A stretch of 64,000 nucleotides of DNA from contig MTLY02000003.1 in NCBI GenBank assembly GCA_002011035.2, forward strand, positions 32,001-96,000, given 5' to 3'. This document shows, in pieces, positions 1-9,258 of the stretch. Origin of the DNA: Candidatus Hecatella orcuttiae (GTDB lineage Archaea > Thermoproteota > Bathyarchaeia > Hecatellales > Hecatellaceae). The notes below the pieces were generated by a model. That model was not told the origin of the DNA and searched no databases. It worked only from the letters and a program-made list of their open reading frames with translations. Position numbers and translations under genes: made by a program. Numbering within the stretch: the first letter of the stretch is position 1; each line of letters starts with the position of its first letter.

Positions 1-479
1 GCTCCGGCTTCCACCACCGCGGTGTAGACCTGTTTGAGGTAGGCGATGTCCGTCCTGGTTGCGTCTTCGGCGGAGAACTCCACCTGCAGGCCGTGGGCTT
101 TGGCGTACTCCACGGCCTCCACCGCCTTCCTGAGGGCCTGCCCGCGGGTTAGGTGGAGTTTGTGGCGGAGGTGGATGTCGGAGGTGGCGATGAAGAGGTG
201 GAGGCTTCGGAGGTCGCACTTCAACGCAGCGTCCACGTCCTGCCGGGTGGTTCGGGCGAGGCCGCAGACCTCCGCCTTCAACCCAGCTTGGGCTATGAGC
301 CTGACGGCTTCCATCTCCCCCTTGGACGTGACCGGGAACCCGGCTTCGATGGCGTCCACCCTCAGCCTGTCCAGTTGGCGGGCGATGTGGAGTTTGTCCT
401 CGGCGGTGAGGGCTACTCCGGGGGTCTGCTCTCCGTCTCGGAGGGTGGTGTCGAACAGTCTCAAGTGTTTGGGGGGCAT
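1..479 (-). CDS. leuA: 2-isopropylmalate/citramalate/homocitrate synthase family (DRE-TIM), 5' part; runs off the window
   Basis: Manual translation from ATG at 479: MPPKHLRLFDTTLRDGEQTPGV...IEAGFP...HLFIATSDIH...VEFSAEDATRTD. Not in ORF track because truncated. leuA vs cimA cannot be separated. Confidence 0.85.
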   Translation of the reverse strand, partial: MPPKHLRLFDTTLRDGEQTPGVALTAEDKLHIARQLDRLRVDAIEAGFPVTSKGEMEAVRLIAQAGLKAEVCGLARTTRQDVDAALKCDLRSLHLFIATSDIHLRHKLHLTRGQALRKAVEAVEYAKAHGLQVEFSAEDATRTDIAYLKQVYTAVVEAG

Positions 480-611
480 TTGCGCCGCGGTCTCCGTGTA
501 ATGGTTATCTCGCTGCCCTGTATTAAGGGCTTTCCGCCTCCTGGGTGAAAAGGTTTATGTAGTCGGGGAAAACATGTTTAGCCCCACGGTGCCATCTCTG
601 AGGTAGGAGGT

Positions 612-1745
612 TTGGCGGTGAGGTATCGGATTGCCGTGATCCCCGGGGACGGCGTAGGCCCTGAGGTGGTGGAGGAAGGCGTCAAGGTGCTGACCGCTGC
701 GGGGGACGCCTACGGGGTCAGGTTTGACTTCAAGTTTTACCCCTTCGGAGGCGACTATTATCTGGAGCATGGGGAGGTGCTCCCCGACTCCGCGTTGAAG
801 GAGCTGGAGGGAGCGGACGCCATCTACTTGGGGGCCATAGGCCACCCGAGGGTGGCTCCGGGGGTGCTGGAGAAGGGGCTGCTGTTGAGGTTGAGGTTTC
901 ACTTCGACCAGTATGTGAACCTGAGGCCGGTGAGGCTCTATCCCGGGGTTGAGACCCCCCTACGTGGGAAGGGCCCGGGGGACATTGCCTTCTACGTGGT
1001 CAGGGAGAACACTGAGGACTTTTACGTGGGGGTTGGGGGGAGGTTCAAGGGTGAAAGCCACAGGGCTGGGTTGGAGGTGAACCGGAGGCTCTACAGGCTG
1101 AGGTTCAGCTTGGACGTGGCGGTCCAAGGGGCTCCCGGCGAGGTAGCCTACCAGCTGGGGATAGCCACCCGCCGGGGCGTCGAAAGGGTGGTTCGCTATG
1201 CTTTTGAGCTCTGCAAGCGGAAGGGTCTCCGCCGGGTTACCTCCGTGGACAAGGCTAACGTGCTGGGGGATGTCTACGGCCTCTGGCGGGAGGTCTTCTC
1301 GGAGGTTGCCCGGGACTATGAGGGTGTGGAAGCCGAGTTCGCGTTCGTGGACGCAGCGGCCATGTGGTTTGTCAAAAACCCTGAGCGCTTCCAGGTGGTG
1401 GTCACCCCCAACATGTTCGGGGACATCCTCACCGACCTGGGGGCGATGATCCAAGGGGGCCTCGGGCTGGCTCCCGGGGGTAACATCAACCCGGGGGGGG
1501 TGTCCATGTTCGAGCCCATCCACGGGTCGGCGCCCAAGTACGCGGGGCAGGGGGTCATCAACCCCATCGCCGCCATCTGGGCTGGGCAGATGATGCTCAG
1601 CCACCTGGGGGAGGAAGCCGCTGCGGAGGCCGTGGACAGGGCTATAGGCCAGGTGCTGAGGGAGGGGAAGACCCTGACCAAAGATTTGGGAGGGTCCTCC
1701 TCCACCTCCCAGGTCGGAGACGCCATCGCAGCGAAAATCCATTAG
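612..1745 (+). CDS. leuB: 3-isopropylmalate dehydrogenase (isocitrate/IPM dehydrogenase family)
   Basis: [46 protein letters not shown]; leu context. Confidence 0.88.
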   Translation: MAVRYRIAVIPGDGVGPEVVEEGVKVLTAAGDAYGVRFDFKFYPFGGDYYLEHGEVLPDSALKELEGADAIYLGAIGHPRVAPGVLEKGLLLRLRFHFDQYVNLRPVRLYPGVETPLRGKGPGDIAFYVVRENTEDFYVGVGGRFKGESHRAGLEVNRRLYRLRFSLDVAVQGAPGEVAYQLGIATRRGVERVVRYAFELCKRKGLRRVTSVDKANVLGDVYGLWREVFSEVARDYEGVEAEFAFVDAAAMWFVKNPERFQVVVTPNMFGDILTDLGAMIQGGLGLAPGGNINPGGVSMFEPIHGSAPKYAGQGVINPIAAIWAGQMMLSHLGEEAAAEAVDRAIGQVLREGKTLTKDLGGSSSTSQVGDAIAAKIH

Positions 1746-1794
1746 CAAACGTTTTAATTAAACAGGCCCCTAGAAAATACCCGTAGGGGCAGAG

Positions 1795-4695
1795 TTGGGT
1801 TTTCAGACGCCGCGTTATGCTTCTGAGCGGGATTTTGTTGCGAGGTTTCTACTTCCGAAGCTTAGGGAGGCTGCTGAACGGCTCGGTGTGGCTGATGTGG
1901 TTGACTTCTTTTTTGAGAAGCCTATCAACGGGACACCTGACTTGACAGCTGAGAAAGGCGGTAGGGGTCTGTTTGTTGTTGAGGCTAAATTCAAGAAGAA
2001 GGTAGGGCGAGTTCAGAGGGACATTGAGCCTAGGGACCCTGAGGTGGTGAGGCAGGCTCTTGACTATGCGGGGTGGGGTGGTTTTCCTTATTATGCAACT
2101 TGCAACGTGCGGAGGCTCATTCTGTTTCAACGTAAGCCTGAGGCTAAGGCTCTGGAGAGTGAGATTGCCTCCTTTGAGTATGAGCGTAGCCCTGACTGGG
2201 CTGAAAGTCTTCTTAAGACGGTGTTGGAGCTTGTTCCCGTCCGCCTTAAGCCTTTGGACGACACGCTTGTGGATACGTTGCATGAAGCTTCCTCTGACCT
2301 CTACCCGGAGTTTCTCTCCGCCCTGAAAGGAAGGCTTCGGGATAAGAAATTTCGGGAGCGGTATGTTGACTGGCTGGAAAGTCAGGGTGTTAAGTTTTCG
2401 GATGAGACCAACCGGTTGATTGCGGAGCAGACTACCTACCTCCAGCTTAACAAGCTTCTCTTCTACCAGGTCATAAGGGCGATTTACCCTGACAGGTTGA
2501 GGCCGCTGAGGATAGGGGAGGAGGAAGATGTTTCCGAGGCTTTGGCTGGTTTCTTTGCGGATGCTCGGAAGATAGACTATGCGCCCATCTACCAGAGTGA
2601 TGTGATAAGTGAGATACCGCTGACGCCGAGGGCTCAGGAGCGGATCAGAACCTTACTGGACACTCTCAACGAGTTTGATTTTTCCAAGATGGAGAGTGAT
2701 TTTATCGGGCGGATCTACGAGAAGCTCATACCGCCGTTGGAGAGGAAGAGGCTTGGGCAGTTTTACACGCCGCCGGGGATCGTGGACTTTATCGTGCAGT
2801 TGACGGTGACGAAGCCTGAGGCTGTGGTTTTAGACCCCGGCTGCGGTTCAGGGGGTTTCTTGGTCAGAGCCTACCACAGGCTGAGGGAGCTGAACCACAT
2901 CCCTAGGGTGATAGAGGGCCCTCTGGCTGAGAGGTTTCACCAGCAGCTTTTGGAGCGCTTATATGGGGTGGATATAAATCAGTTTCCAGCCCACCTTACC
3001 GTCATAAACTTGGCTGTTCAAAACCCCAAAGCCAGAATTGAGAAGGTGAACGCTGTTGTCAGCGACATCTTCGACGTCAGGCCGGGGCAGGCGACGCTTT
3101 CAGGGTTCGAGAGCCTCACAGCTGAAGGTAAGCCCACGCTGGTAGAGATGCCTCCGGCCTTCGACGCTGTGGTGGCTAATCCGCCTTACATCCGTCAAGA
3201 GCTGCTGGGTGAGAAGGAGAAAGCGAAGATCAAGTCGCTGATCGAAAGCGAATATAAGGGTAAGCTGTTCATCGGTGCTCCCCAAAAGAAGGTGAAGGGT
3301 GCGGTTATCCTCGACAGGCAAAGCGACATATACATCTACTTCTACATTCACGGACTAAGATTTCTGAAGAATGGTGGAAGGTTAGGTTTTATCTCTTCTA
3401 ACAAATGGCTAGAGGTAGGCTACGGAGAACCGTTTCAGCAATTTCTTCTAGACAGCGCTAAGATTCTCTACGTGGTTGAATTCGACAGAGCCGTATTTCC
3501 CGACGCTGAAGTGGATACCGCTATAACCATAGTTGAAAAGGAGTCAAATAAGGTTGCTAAAAAGGCTAATGAGGTAAAGTTTGTCCGCGTCAAGAAGCCA
3601 ATGGGCATCAGGAATATGGTTCAGACTATAGAAAATATCAGTCAAAGCTTTGAGAATGACACCTTAAGGGTTAATATCATCAGGCAAGGCAAACTAAAAC
3701 TTGGAAAATGGAATACGTACCTTAGAGCCCCACCGGTGTACCCGAAAATTATTTCGCATCCAAAGGTGAAGAAACTTGGAAAAATCGTTGAGATATTTCG
3801 TGGACCAACTTCTGGTTGGAACGATTACTTTATAATATCTGTTGAAAAGGCTGAAGAATGGGGTATAGAAGACGAGTTCCTGATGCCCTGTGCTTCATCA
3901 CCTAAAAAGTTTGGGAGTTTAATAATCAAATCGGATGACATAGATGAATACTTCTTTGCTGTCGATAAGCCTAAGCACGAACTTCGTGGAACCAATGCTT
4001 TGAAATATATAGAGTTTGGTGAGAGACTAGAAATCGAAGTTAGAAGAGGTTCTCAGCGTGGCAGGCGACGTTTACCGGAGTTGGAAACTGTAAAGAATAG
4101 GAAGCCGTTTTGGTATGCACTTCCAAGGTTTGCGTCACCACATATCTTGTTCCCGAAGCTGATTAGAGGGAGGTTTATAGCCTTCTACAATGAAGCTAAA
4201 GCTCAAGGGTCAGACGTCTTTTATTATGTGGTTGTAAAAAAAGGAGAACCCACGGTTCTTGCTGGATATTTAAACTCCTCTGTCGCCATGCTTCTAGCTG
4301 AATTGTATGGGCGACAGTATACTGGTATGCTTGACCTTAAAGTCTATGAATTAAAGCAACTGCCTACCCTAGACCCTAATACGCTTACGCATGAAGAACG
4401 ACTGCGTATTTCAAATGCGTTTAAACAGTTAGCAAACAAAATGGATAAACGGGTAATGGCTGAAGAGAAATTGCAGAGCGTTAAAGCTAGGTCGAAAGCT
4501 GATCGGGATGTAGGTTTGTTTGAGGCTGAGGCTCGGAGGGAGTTGGAGAGGGCTGTTAGGGCTGAGGAAGAAGCGAGGAAGAAGCTGGACGAAGCAGTTT
4601 ACGACGCTTTGGGGTTAACAGAGGAGGAGCGGAGACAGGTTGAAGAGGGCCTCCGAGAGCTTCAGAAGCTCAGACGCCTGAGAACCCGAGCATAA
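1795..4695 (+). CDS. Type IIG-like fused restriction endonuclease / N6-adenine methyltransferase / target recognition domain
   Basis: N-terminal PD...EAK nuclease motif, GQFYTP, motif I VLDPGCGSGGFL, motif IV NPPY, C-terminal TRD-like region and helical tail. Confidence 0.88.
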   Translation: MGFQTPRYASERDFVARFLLPKLREAAERLGVADVVDFFFEKPINGTPDLTAEKGGRGLFVVEAKFKKKVGRVQRDIEPRDPEVVRQALDYAGWGGFPYYATCNVRRLILFQRKPEAKALESEIASFEYERSPDWAESLLKTVLELVPVRLKPLDDTLVDTLHEASSDLYPEFLSALKGRLRDKKFRERYVDWLESQGVKFSDETNRLIAEQTTYLQLNKLLFYQVIRAIYPDRLRPLRIGEEEDVSEALAGFFADARKIDYAPIYQSDVISEIPLTPRAQERIRTLLDTLNEFDFSKMESDFIGRIYEKLIPPLERKRLGQFYTPPGIVDFIVQLTVTKPEAVVLDPGCGSGGFLVRAYHRLRELNHIPRVIEGPLAERFHQQLLERLYGVDINQFPAHLTVINLAVQNPKARIEKVNAVVSDIFDVRPGQATLSGFESLTAEGKPTLVEMPPAFDAVVANPPYIRQELLGEKEKAKIKSLIESEYKGKLFIGAPQKKVKGAVILDRQSDIYIYFYIHGLRFLKNGGRLGFISSNKWLEVGYGEPFQQFLLDSAKILYVVEFDRAVFPDAEVDTAITIVEKESNKVAKKANEVKFVRVKKPMGIRNMVQTIENISQSFENDTLRVNIIRQGKLKLGKWNTYLRAPPVYPKIISHPKVKKLGKIVEIFRGPTSGWNDYFIISVEKAEEWGIEDEFLMPCASSPKKFGSLIIKSDDIDEYFFAVDKPKHELRGTNALKYIEFGERLEIEVRRGSQRGRRRLPELETVKNRKPFWYALPRFASPHILFPKLIRGRFIAFYNEAKAQGSDVFYYVVVKKGEPTVLAGYLNSSVAMLLAELYGRQYTGMLDLKVYELKQLPTLDPNTLTHEERLRISNAFKQLANKMDKRVMAEEKLQSVKARSKADRDVGLFEAEARRELERAVRAEEEARKKLDEAVYDALGLTEEERRQVEEGLRELQKLRRLRTRA

Positions 4696-4706
4696 TACAG
4701 CTCCCC

Positions 4707-4835
4707 TTACCGTCGGCTATCTTCTTTGTTTAAATGCTCAATAAGGCCTCCGCATCTGAGGATTCTCAGCGAAAATTCGGGGAACGGCCCAGCCTTCAGG
4801 GTCTTCCCCGCAAACCCTAAGTCAACCTCCTCCAT
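4707..4835 (-). pseudogene. Degenerate duplicate of the leuD 3' end
   Basis: Reads MEEVDLGFAGKTLKAGPFPEFSLRILRCGGLIEHLNKEDSRR*, aligning with LeuD C-terminus GVTLQAKPFPGFLLGILRDGGLIPHLNKK; DNA similarity to ~5835-5920 also visible. Confidence 0.75.
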
Positions 4836-4923
4836 GGCATGGTAAACTTTTGGAATTACCTCGTTTAGGTTGGATATTTTTTCACATCCACCTCACTTTG
4901 CAAAAAGCTTTACATAAGTAAAG

Positions 4924-5331
4924 TTAAGGAATCTTGAGTAGCTTGGTTTGCACTAATTTAAGCTCCCCGATCCTAGAGTCGGTTGTAACCAAGGTTCCTC
5001 CCAGCGTTTTTGCAACTGCCACAATATAAGCGTCTGCCAAAGAGAGCCTGCCTTTATGAACGCACTTCAGCCCCCCTGCGGCGCGCGTAAGCCTCTCATT
5101 TATAGCTAAAATCGACAGCTCAGAGTTTCTGAGGGACGCATGTCTCACTTCCGCAGCTTCACGGCCTAATTTTTCACAAGTTTTATAGTAAAACTCGGCG
5201 AGGTTAATCTCACACGTGCAACCCTCCACCCTCCCCCTTGCAACCTCGTCAAACATTTCTTTGACACGCTTATCTTCAGCAAAGTAAAGAAAGAGAGGCC
5301 CTGTGTCAAAGACGAGCCTACTTTTCCTCAG
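4924..5331 (-). CDS. vapC: VapC-type PIN-domain toxin
   Basis: Frame extends upstream of the ORF-track ATG to include RLVFDTG; also INLAEFYY, LSLADAYIVA, LVTTD. Likely CTG start at 5331 after GGAGG, overlapping the antitoxin stop. Confidence 0.85.
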   Translation of the reverse strand: MRKSRLVFDTGPLFLYFAEDKRVKEMFDEVARGRVEGCTCEINLAEFYYKTCEKLGREAAEVRHASLRNSELSILAINERLTRAAGGLKCVHKGRLSLADAYIVAVAKTLGGTLVTTDSRIGELKLVQTKLLKIP

Positions 5332-5557
5332 ACGCCTCCTTCCTCCTCTCCTCTTGCAATTCCCTTATCATCTGATATACTGTTTCCTTTATGGCTTTAT
5401 CCGCGCCGAAGAGCTGCTCCAACGGAATGGCGGGAACAAGTAAGACCCCTTCATCAGCTTCAACAAACTTAATACGGGAGCCCCTCTTCAGTTTGTACTT
5501 TCTCCTAATCTCCACAGGGATGGTCACGGTGCCTTTCTGCGTAACAGTATAACTCAA
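5318..5557 (-). CDS. vapB: AbrB/MazE-like antitoxin
   Basis: VTQKGTVTIPVEIRRKYKLKRG AbrB signature; directly upstream of and overlapping the PIN gene. Confidence 0.85.
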   Translation of the reverse strand: MSYTVTQKGTVTIPVEIRRKYKLKRGSRIKFVEADEGVLLVPAIPLEQLFGADKAIKETVYQMIRELQEERRKEASEEK

Positions 5558-5569
5558 GACACTTTCACT

Positions 5570-5590
5570 ATACTTCTATTAAAAAAGTAT
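5570..5590. promoter_or_regulatory. Putative VapBC autoregulatory operator
   Basis: ATACTT-N9-AAGTAT inverted repeat in AT-rich DNA just upstream of the antitoxin start. Confidence 0.45.
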
Positions 5591-5764
5591 CACATATAAC
5601 CATTATGTAATACTAAAACAACCTCTTGAGACATACACCATTGAACCGTAATAGACGCCAGAATGTCCAATTTCCTGTGATTAAGGGACATCCCCAACAA
5701 CCATTGAACGTCCGAATAATTATGCTATTCAGACACGATTTGCGCGTTTATCCGCATAATTTTC

Positions 5765-6316
5765 TTAAAAAGGCGAAGAAACACCTTGCCTTGAGGGTTT
5801 TCCTTCGCCAAGGCTAGGTTTGTTTTCGCTGTGTTTTTTGTTTAGGTGGGGGATGAGGCCTCCGTCTCGGAGGATTCCCAGCAGGAATCCTGGAAACGGC
5901 TTGGCCTGCAAGGTCACGCCTTTAGACTTGTTGGTGACCAGCCCCTTCTCTAGCTCCACCTCCAGCCGGTCGCCCTCCTCCACTTTGGAGGATATCCCCG
6001 GGCAGGCCACTGCGGGCAGGCCGTTGTTGATGGCGTTCCTGAAGAAAATCCTCGCAAAGGACTCCGCCACCACGCAACGAACCCCCGCATGCTTGAGGGC
6101 CAAGGCCGCATGCTCCCGGCTGGAGCCTCCTCCGAAGTTGACCCCCGCCACCACCAGCCCATACTCCTGAGCCTTCCGGGGGAACCCCGGGTCCAACCCC
6201 TCCATGGCATGGGCCGCCAAGTCCTCAGGCCTGGTCAGGACCAGGTATTTCCCCGGAAGGATGAGGTCGGTGTTGACGTTGTCCCCAAACTTCAGAGCCC
6301 GACCCTCCACCCTCAC
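5765..6316 (-). CDS. leuD: 3-isopropylmalate dehydratase small subunit
   Basis: GDNVNTDLILP, NFGGGSSREHA, SFARIFFRNAINNG. Confidence 0.92.
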   Translation of the reverse strand: MRVEGRALKFGDNVNTDLILPGKYLVLTRPEDLAAHAMEGLDPGFPRKAQEYGLVVAGVNFGGGSSREHAALALKHAGVRCVVAESFARIFFRNAINNGLPAVACPGISSKVEEGDRLEVELEKGLVTNKSKGVTLQAKPFPGFLLGILRDGGLIPHLNKKHSENKPSLGEGKPSRQGVSSPF

Positions 6317-7587
6317 CGCCCACCCACCTCCCTAGGGTCGGTGATCCGGCCGGTCACCGCGGAGGCCGCCACCGTAGCCGGGGAAGCCAAGTAGACCTTC
6401 GCCCCCGGACTGCCCATCCGCCCTGTGAAATTCCGGTTCGTCGAGCTGATGCAGACTTCACCCTCCGCCAGCAGGCCGAAGTGCCCCCCCAAACACGGCC
6501 CGCAGTTGGGAGGCCCCACCGCCGCGCCAGCCCGGGCGAAAACCTCCAGGAGCCCCTCCTCCAAGGCCCGCAGGTAGATTTCCTGCGAAGCAGGAAGCAC
6601 GATCATGCGCACACCGTCCTTCACCCTCCGACCCCTCAGCAGCCCCGCTGCCTCCCGAAGGTCGTCCATCCGGCCGTTGGTGCACGACCCCAACACCGCC
6701 TGGTCCACCGGCAGCCCGGCTACCTCCCCCACAGGCTTGACGTTGGCCACCCTCGGCGGACAGGCCACCTGAGGCTCCAGGGAATCGACGCTGAAAGACA
6801 GCTCCCCCTCATACTCCGCCCCCTCATCCGGGTAGAGCGGCCGCAGAGACCCCGCCACCCGGCCTTCCAAGTAGCGGAACGTCACCCCATCCGGGGGGAC
6901 AAGTCCAGCCTTAGCCCCCAACTCCACCACCATGTTGCACAGGGTCATCCGCCCGTCCATACCCATCTTCCCCACAGTCGACCCGGTGAACTCCAAGCTC
7001 TTGTAGTTGGCGCCGTCCTCCCCCAAGCAGCCGGCCATGTGGAGGATCAGGTCCTTGGCGGAGACGTACCTCTGAAAACGGCCCTCCACCACCACCCGCA
7101 CGGTCTCAGGAACCCGAAACCAGAGGCGGCCCTGCGCCAGCACAGCCGCCACGTCCGTGGAGCCCACCCCCGTGGCGAAGGCCCCCAAAGCCCCATAGGT
7201 GCAAGTGTGGGAGTCAGCCCCCACCACCAAGTCCCCGGGCTTCACATGACCCTTCTCCGGGAGAACCTCATGGCAGATGCCCCCCTTCCCCACGTCGTAG
7301 AAGTTCCTCACCCCATACTCCGCCACAAACCGGCGGAGCCTCCGCTGAAGCTCCGCCGACCTCACCGTGTCCGCGGGAACCTGATGGTCGAAGACCACCA
7401 CCACCCGGCCGGGGTTCCAAACCCTCCGCTCCACCAGCCTCTCGAAGGCGTCCAAGGCCAGAGGACCCGTCAGGTCGTGCATCATCACCAAGTCCACCTC
7501 CGCCTCCACGTAGCCCCCAGCCTCCACCCGCGGCAGGCCGGAGGCTCTGGCCAGAATCTTCTCCGTCAAAGTAAGCCCGCTGCTCAT
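6313..7587 (-). CDS. leuC: 3-isopropylmalate dehydratase large subunit
   Basis: GADSHTCT, LGSCTNGR, CGPCLG, STNRNF aconitase-family motifs. Confidence 0.93.
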   Translation of the reverse strand: MSSGLTLTEKILARASGLPRVEAGGYVEAEVDLVMMHDLTGPLALDAFERLVERRVWNPGRVVVVFDHQVPADTVRSAELQRRLRRFVAEYGVRNFYDVGKGGICHEVLPEKGHVKPGDLVVGADSHTCTYGALGAFATGVGSTDVAAVLAQGRLWFRVPETVRVVVEGRFQRYVSAKDLILHMAGCLGEDGANYKSLEFTGSTVGKMGMDGRMTLCNMVVELGAKAGLVPPDGVTFRYLEGRVAGSLRPLYPDEGAEYEGELSFSVDSLEPQVACPPRVANVKPVGEVAGLPVDQAVLGSCTNGRMDDLREAAGLLRGRRVKDGVRMIVLPASQEIYLRALEEGLLEVFARAGAAVGPPNCGPCLGGHFGLLAEGEVCISSTNRNFTGRMGSPGAKVYLASPATVAASAVTGRITDPREVGGR

Positions 7588-7592
7588 GCCGC

Positions 7593-8603
7593 CTACTCGG
7601 ACTCCTCCAACCCCGACATCTTCCTGATGAACCTCCCCACCTTCTCGATGGGGTGGTCTTCCATCTCCTTAAGCATCCTCTGTAGGTTCTCCCGGCCGCT
7701 CCGGGCTTCCTCAATCCACTGCCGGGCGAAGATGCCTTCCTTCACATCCCTAGCCGCCTTCCTCATGTTCTCCTTGACATGCTCGTCCACAACCTTCGGG
7801 CCTACGGCCAGACCTCCATACCGAGCGGTCTCCGACACCGCGTGCAGCATCCCCAAGATGCCCTTCCGGTAGATGATGTCCACGATGAGCTTAGCCTCGT
7901 TGCAGGCTTCAAAGTAGGCCAGCTCCGGCGGGTAGCCTTCCTCCACCAAGACCTCGAAGCCCTTCTTGAGAAGCTCCACCAAGCCGCCCACCAGCACCGT
8001 CTGCTCTCCGATGAGGTCGCTCTCCGTCTCATCCTTGAAGGTGGTCTTCAGCACCCCCGCTCGGGTGCAGCCTAAAGCCTTAGCGTACTCCAACCCCACG
8101 GTCTCTCCCTTTCCTGTGTAGTCTTGGTAGACAGCCAGAAGAGCTGGGGAGCCGAAGCCTTCGAGGTAGAGGCCTCTCACCGTGGGGCCCGGTCCCTTGG
8201 GAGCTACCATGAACACGTCGATGTGGGGCGGAGGAACGATGAGCTGGAAGTGAATGTTAAATCCGTGGGAGAAACCCAAGGCTTTACCCTCCGTCAGATG
8301 CGGCTTAATCTCCTCGTAGACCAACGGCTGAACCATGTCCTGGGTCAGCATCTGAACAACCTCCGCCCTCTCAGCCGCCTCAGACGCCTTGAAAACCCTG
8401 AAACCCTCTTTCTCAGCTGTCTTCCACTGGAGGCTCCCAGGCAGGTCTGATACGATCACATCTAAGCCTGAGTCTCGCAGGTTCTGCGATTGAGCTCTCC
8501 CTTGGCTTCCGTAGCCTATCACAGCCACGGTTTTGTTTTTCAGGTAGTTTGTGGTCACATCTCGGTCATAATATACTTTAACCACGGCTGTTCCCCCTTT
8601 CAC
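7593..8603 (-). CDS. ilvC: Ketol-acid reductoisomerase
   Basis: [31 protein letters not shown]. Confidence 0.95.
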   Translation of the reverse strand: MKGGTAVVKVYYDRDVTTNYLKNKTVAVIGYGSQGRAQSQNLRDSGLDVIVSDLPGSLQWKTAEKEGFRVFKASEAAERAEVVQMLTQDMVQPLVYEEIKPHLTEGKALGFSHGFNIHFQLIVPPPHIDVFMVAPKGPGPTVRGLYLEGFGSPALLAVYQDYTGKGETVGLEYAKALGCTRAGVLKTTFKDETESDLIGEQTVLVGGLVELLKKGFEVLVEEGYPPELAYFEACNEAKLIVDIIYRKGILGMLHAVSETARYGGLAVGPKVVDEHVKENMRKAARDVKEGIFARQWIEEARSGRENLQRMLKEMEDHPIEKVGRFIRKMSGLEESE

Positions 8604-9109
8604 ACTTTTATGGCTTCGCTTCCCCTGAGGAGAGCTGTGATGCCTGTTCTGGCCATTTCTTTTACACCGTATTCTTTTATGAGGTCTAGGAAAGCGTCGA
8701 TCTTCCTAGGCTCCCCTGTGATCTCGATGACCATGGAGTCCGCGGTCACGTCCACCACCCTCGCCCGGTAGATGCGGGAAAAATGAATGAGGTCCGACCG
8801 GGCTTTGGAGTCTTTCACATGAACCTTGATGAGGGCCAGCTCCCGGAGCACCGACTGCTTAGGATTCAACCGGGTGACCTTGACGGTTTCCACCAGCTTG
8901 TAGAGGTTCTTCACAATCTGCTCCACAGCCCACTCGTCTCCCCTGATGACCAAGGTCATCCTAGCCAGCTTTCCCCCCTCAAGAGCGCCCACGGAGATAC
9001 TGTCGATGTTGTGGCCTCTCCGACGGATCATGTTCGTAACCTTGAAGAGGACACCCGGCTTATTCTCTACGATAGTGGCTATGATCTGGCTTGAGGGCTC
9101 TTGGCTCAC
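8600..9109 (-). CDS. ilvN: Acetolactate synthase small (regulatory) subunit
   Basis: VENKPGVL..V...[23 protein letters not shown]; probable GTG start at 9109. Confidence 0.92.
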   Translation of the reverse strand: MSQEPSSQIIATIVENKPGVLFKVTNMIRRRGHNIDSISVGALEGGKLARMTLVIRGDEWAVEQIVKNLYKLVETVKVTRLNPKQSVLRELALIKVHVKDSKARSDLIHFSRIYRARVVDVTADSMVIEITGEPRKIDAFLDLIKEYGVKEMARTGITALLRGSEAIKV

Positions 9110-9258
9110 GCTTCCCCACCTCTCCTCAGGGCCGCATGGGTTCCATGCGTTTAACCTTTGCACACGCATAGCTTAAGATACTGCGGCGATAATTAAAATT
9201 ATGCCTCCTCACATTTCAGGAAGCCTTAAAATGCGTAGAGGAGTATCCAGTTAGAGCC

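Noticed and set aside
46-548. + strand ORFs 46-501 and 153-548
   Set aside because: Antisense shadows of the leuA-like gene on the minus strand.
5626-5817. ACCATTGAAC direct repeat at 63-bp spacing (CRISPR-like period) and a 63-aa ORF
   Set aside because: Only two 10-bp copies, flanks do not align, no cas genes; the ORF has no recognisable motif. May be decayed foreign DNA.
6481-7872. 463-aa + strand ORF
   Set aside because: Antisense to GC-rich leuC/ilvC; H/P/Q/R-rich shadow composition.
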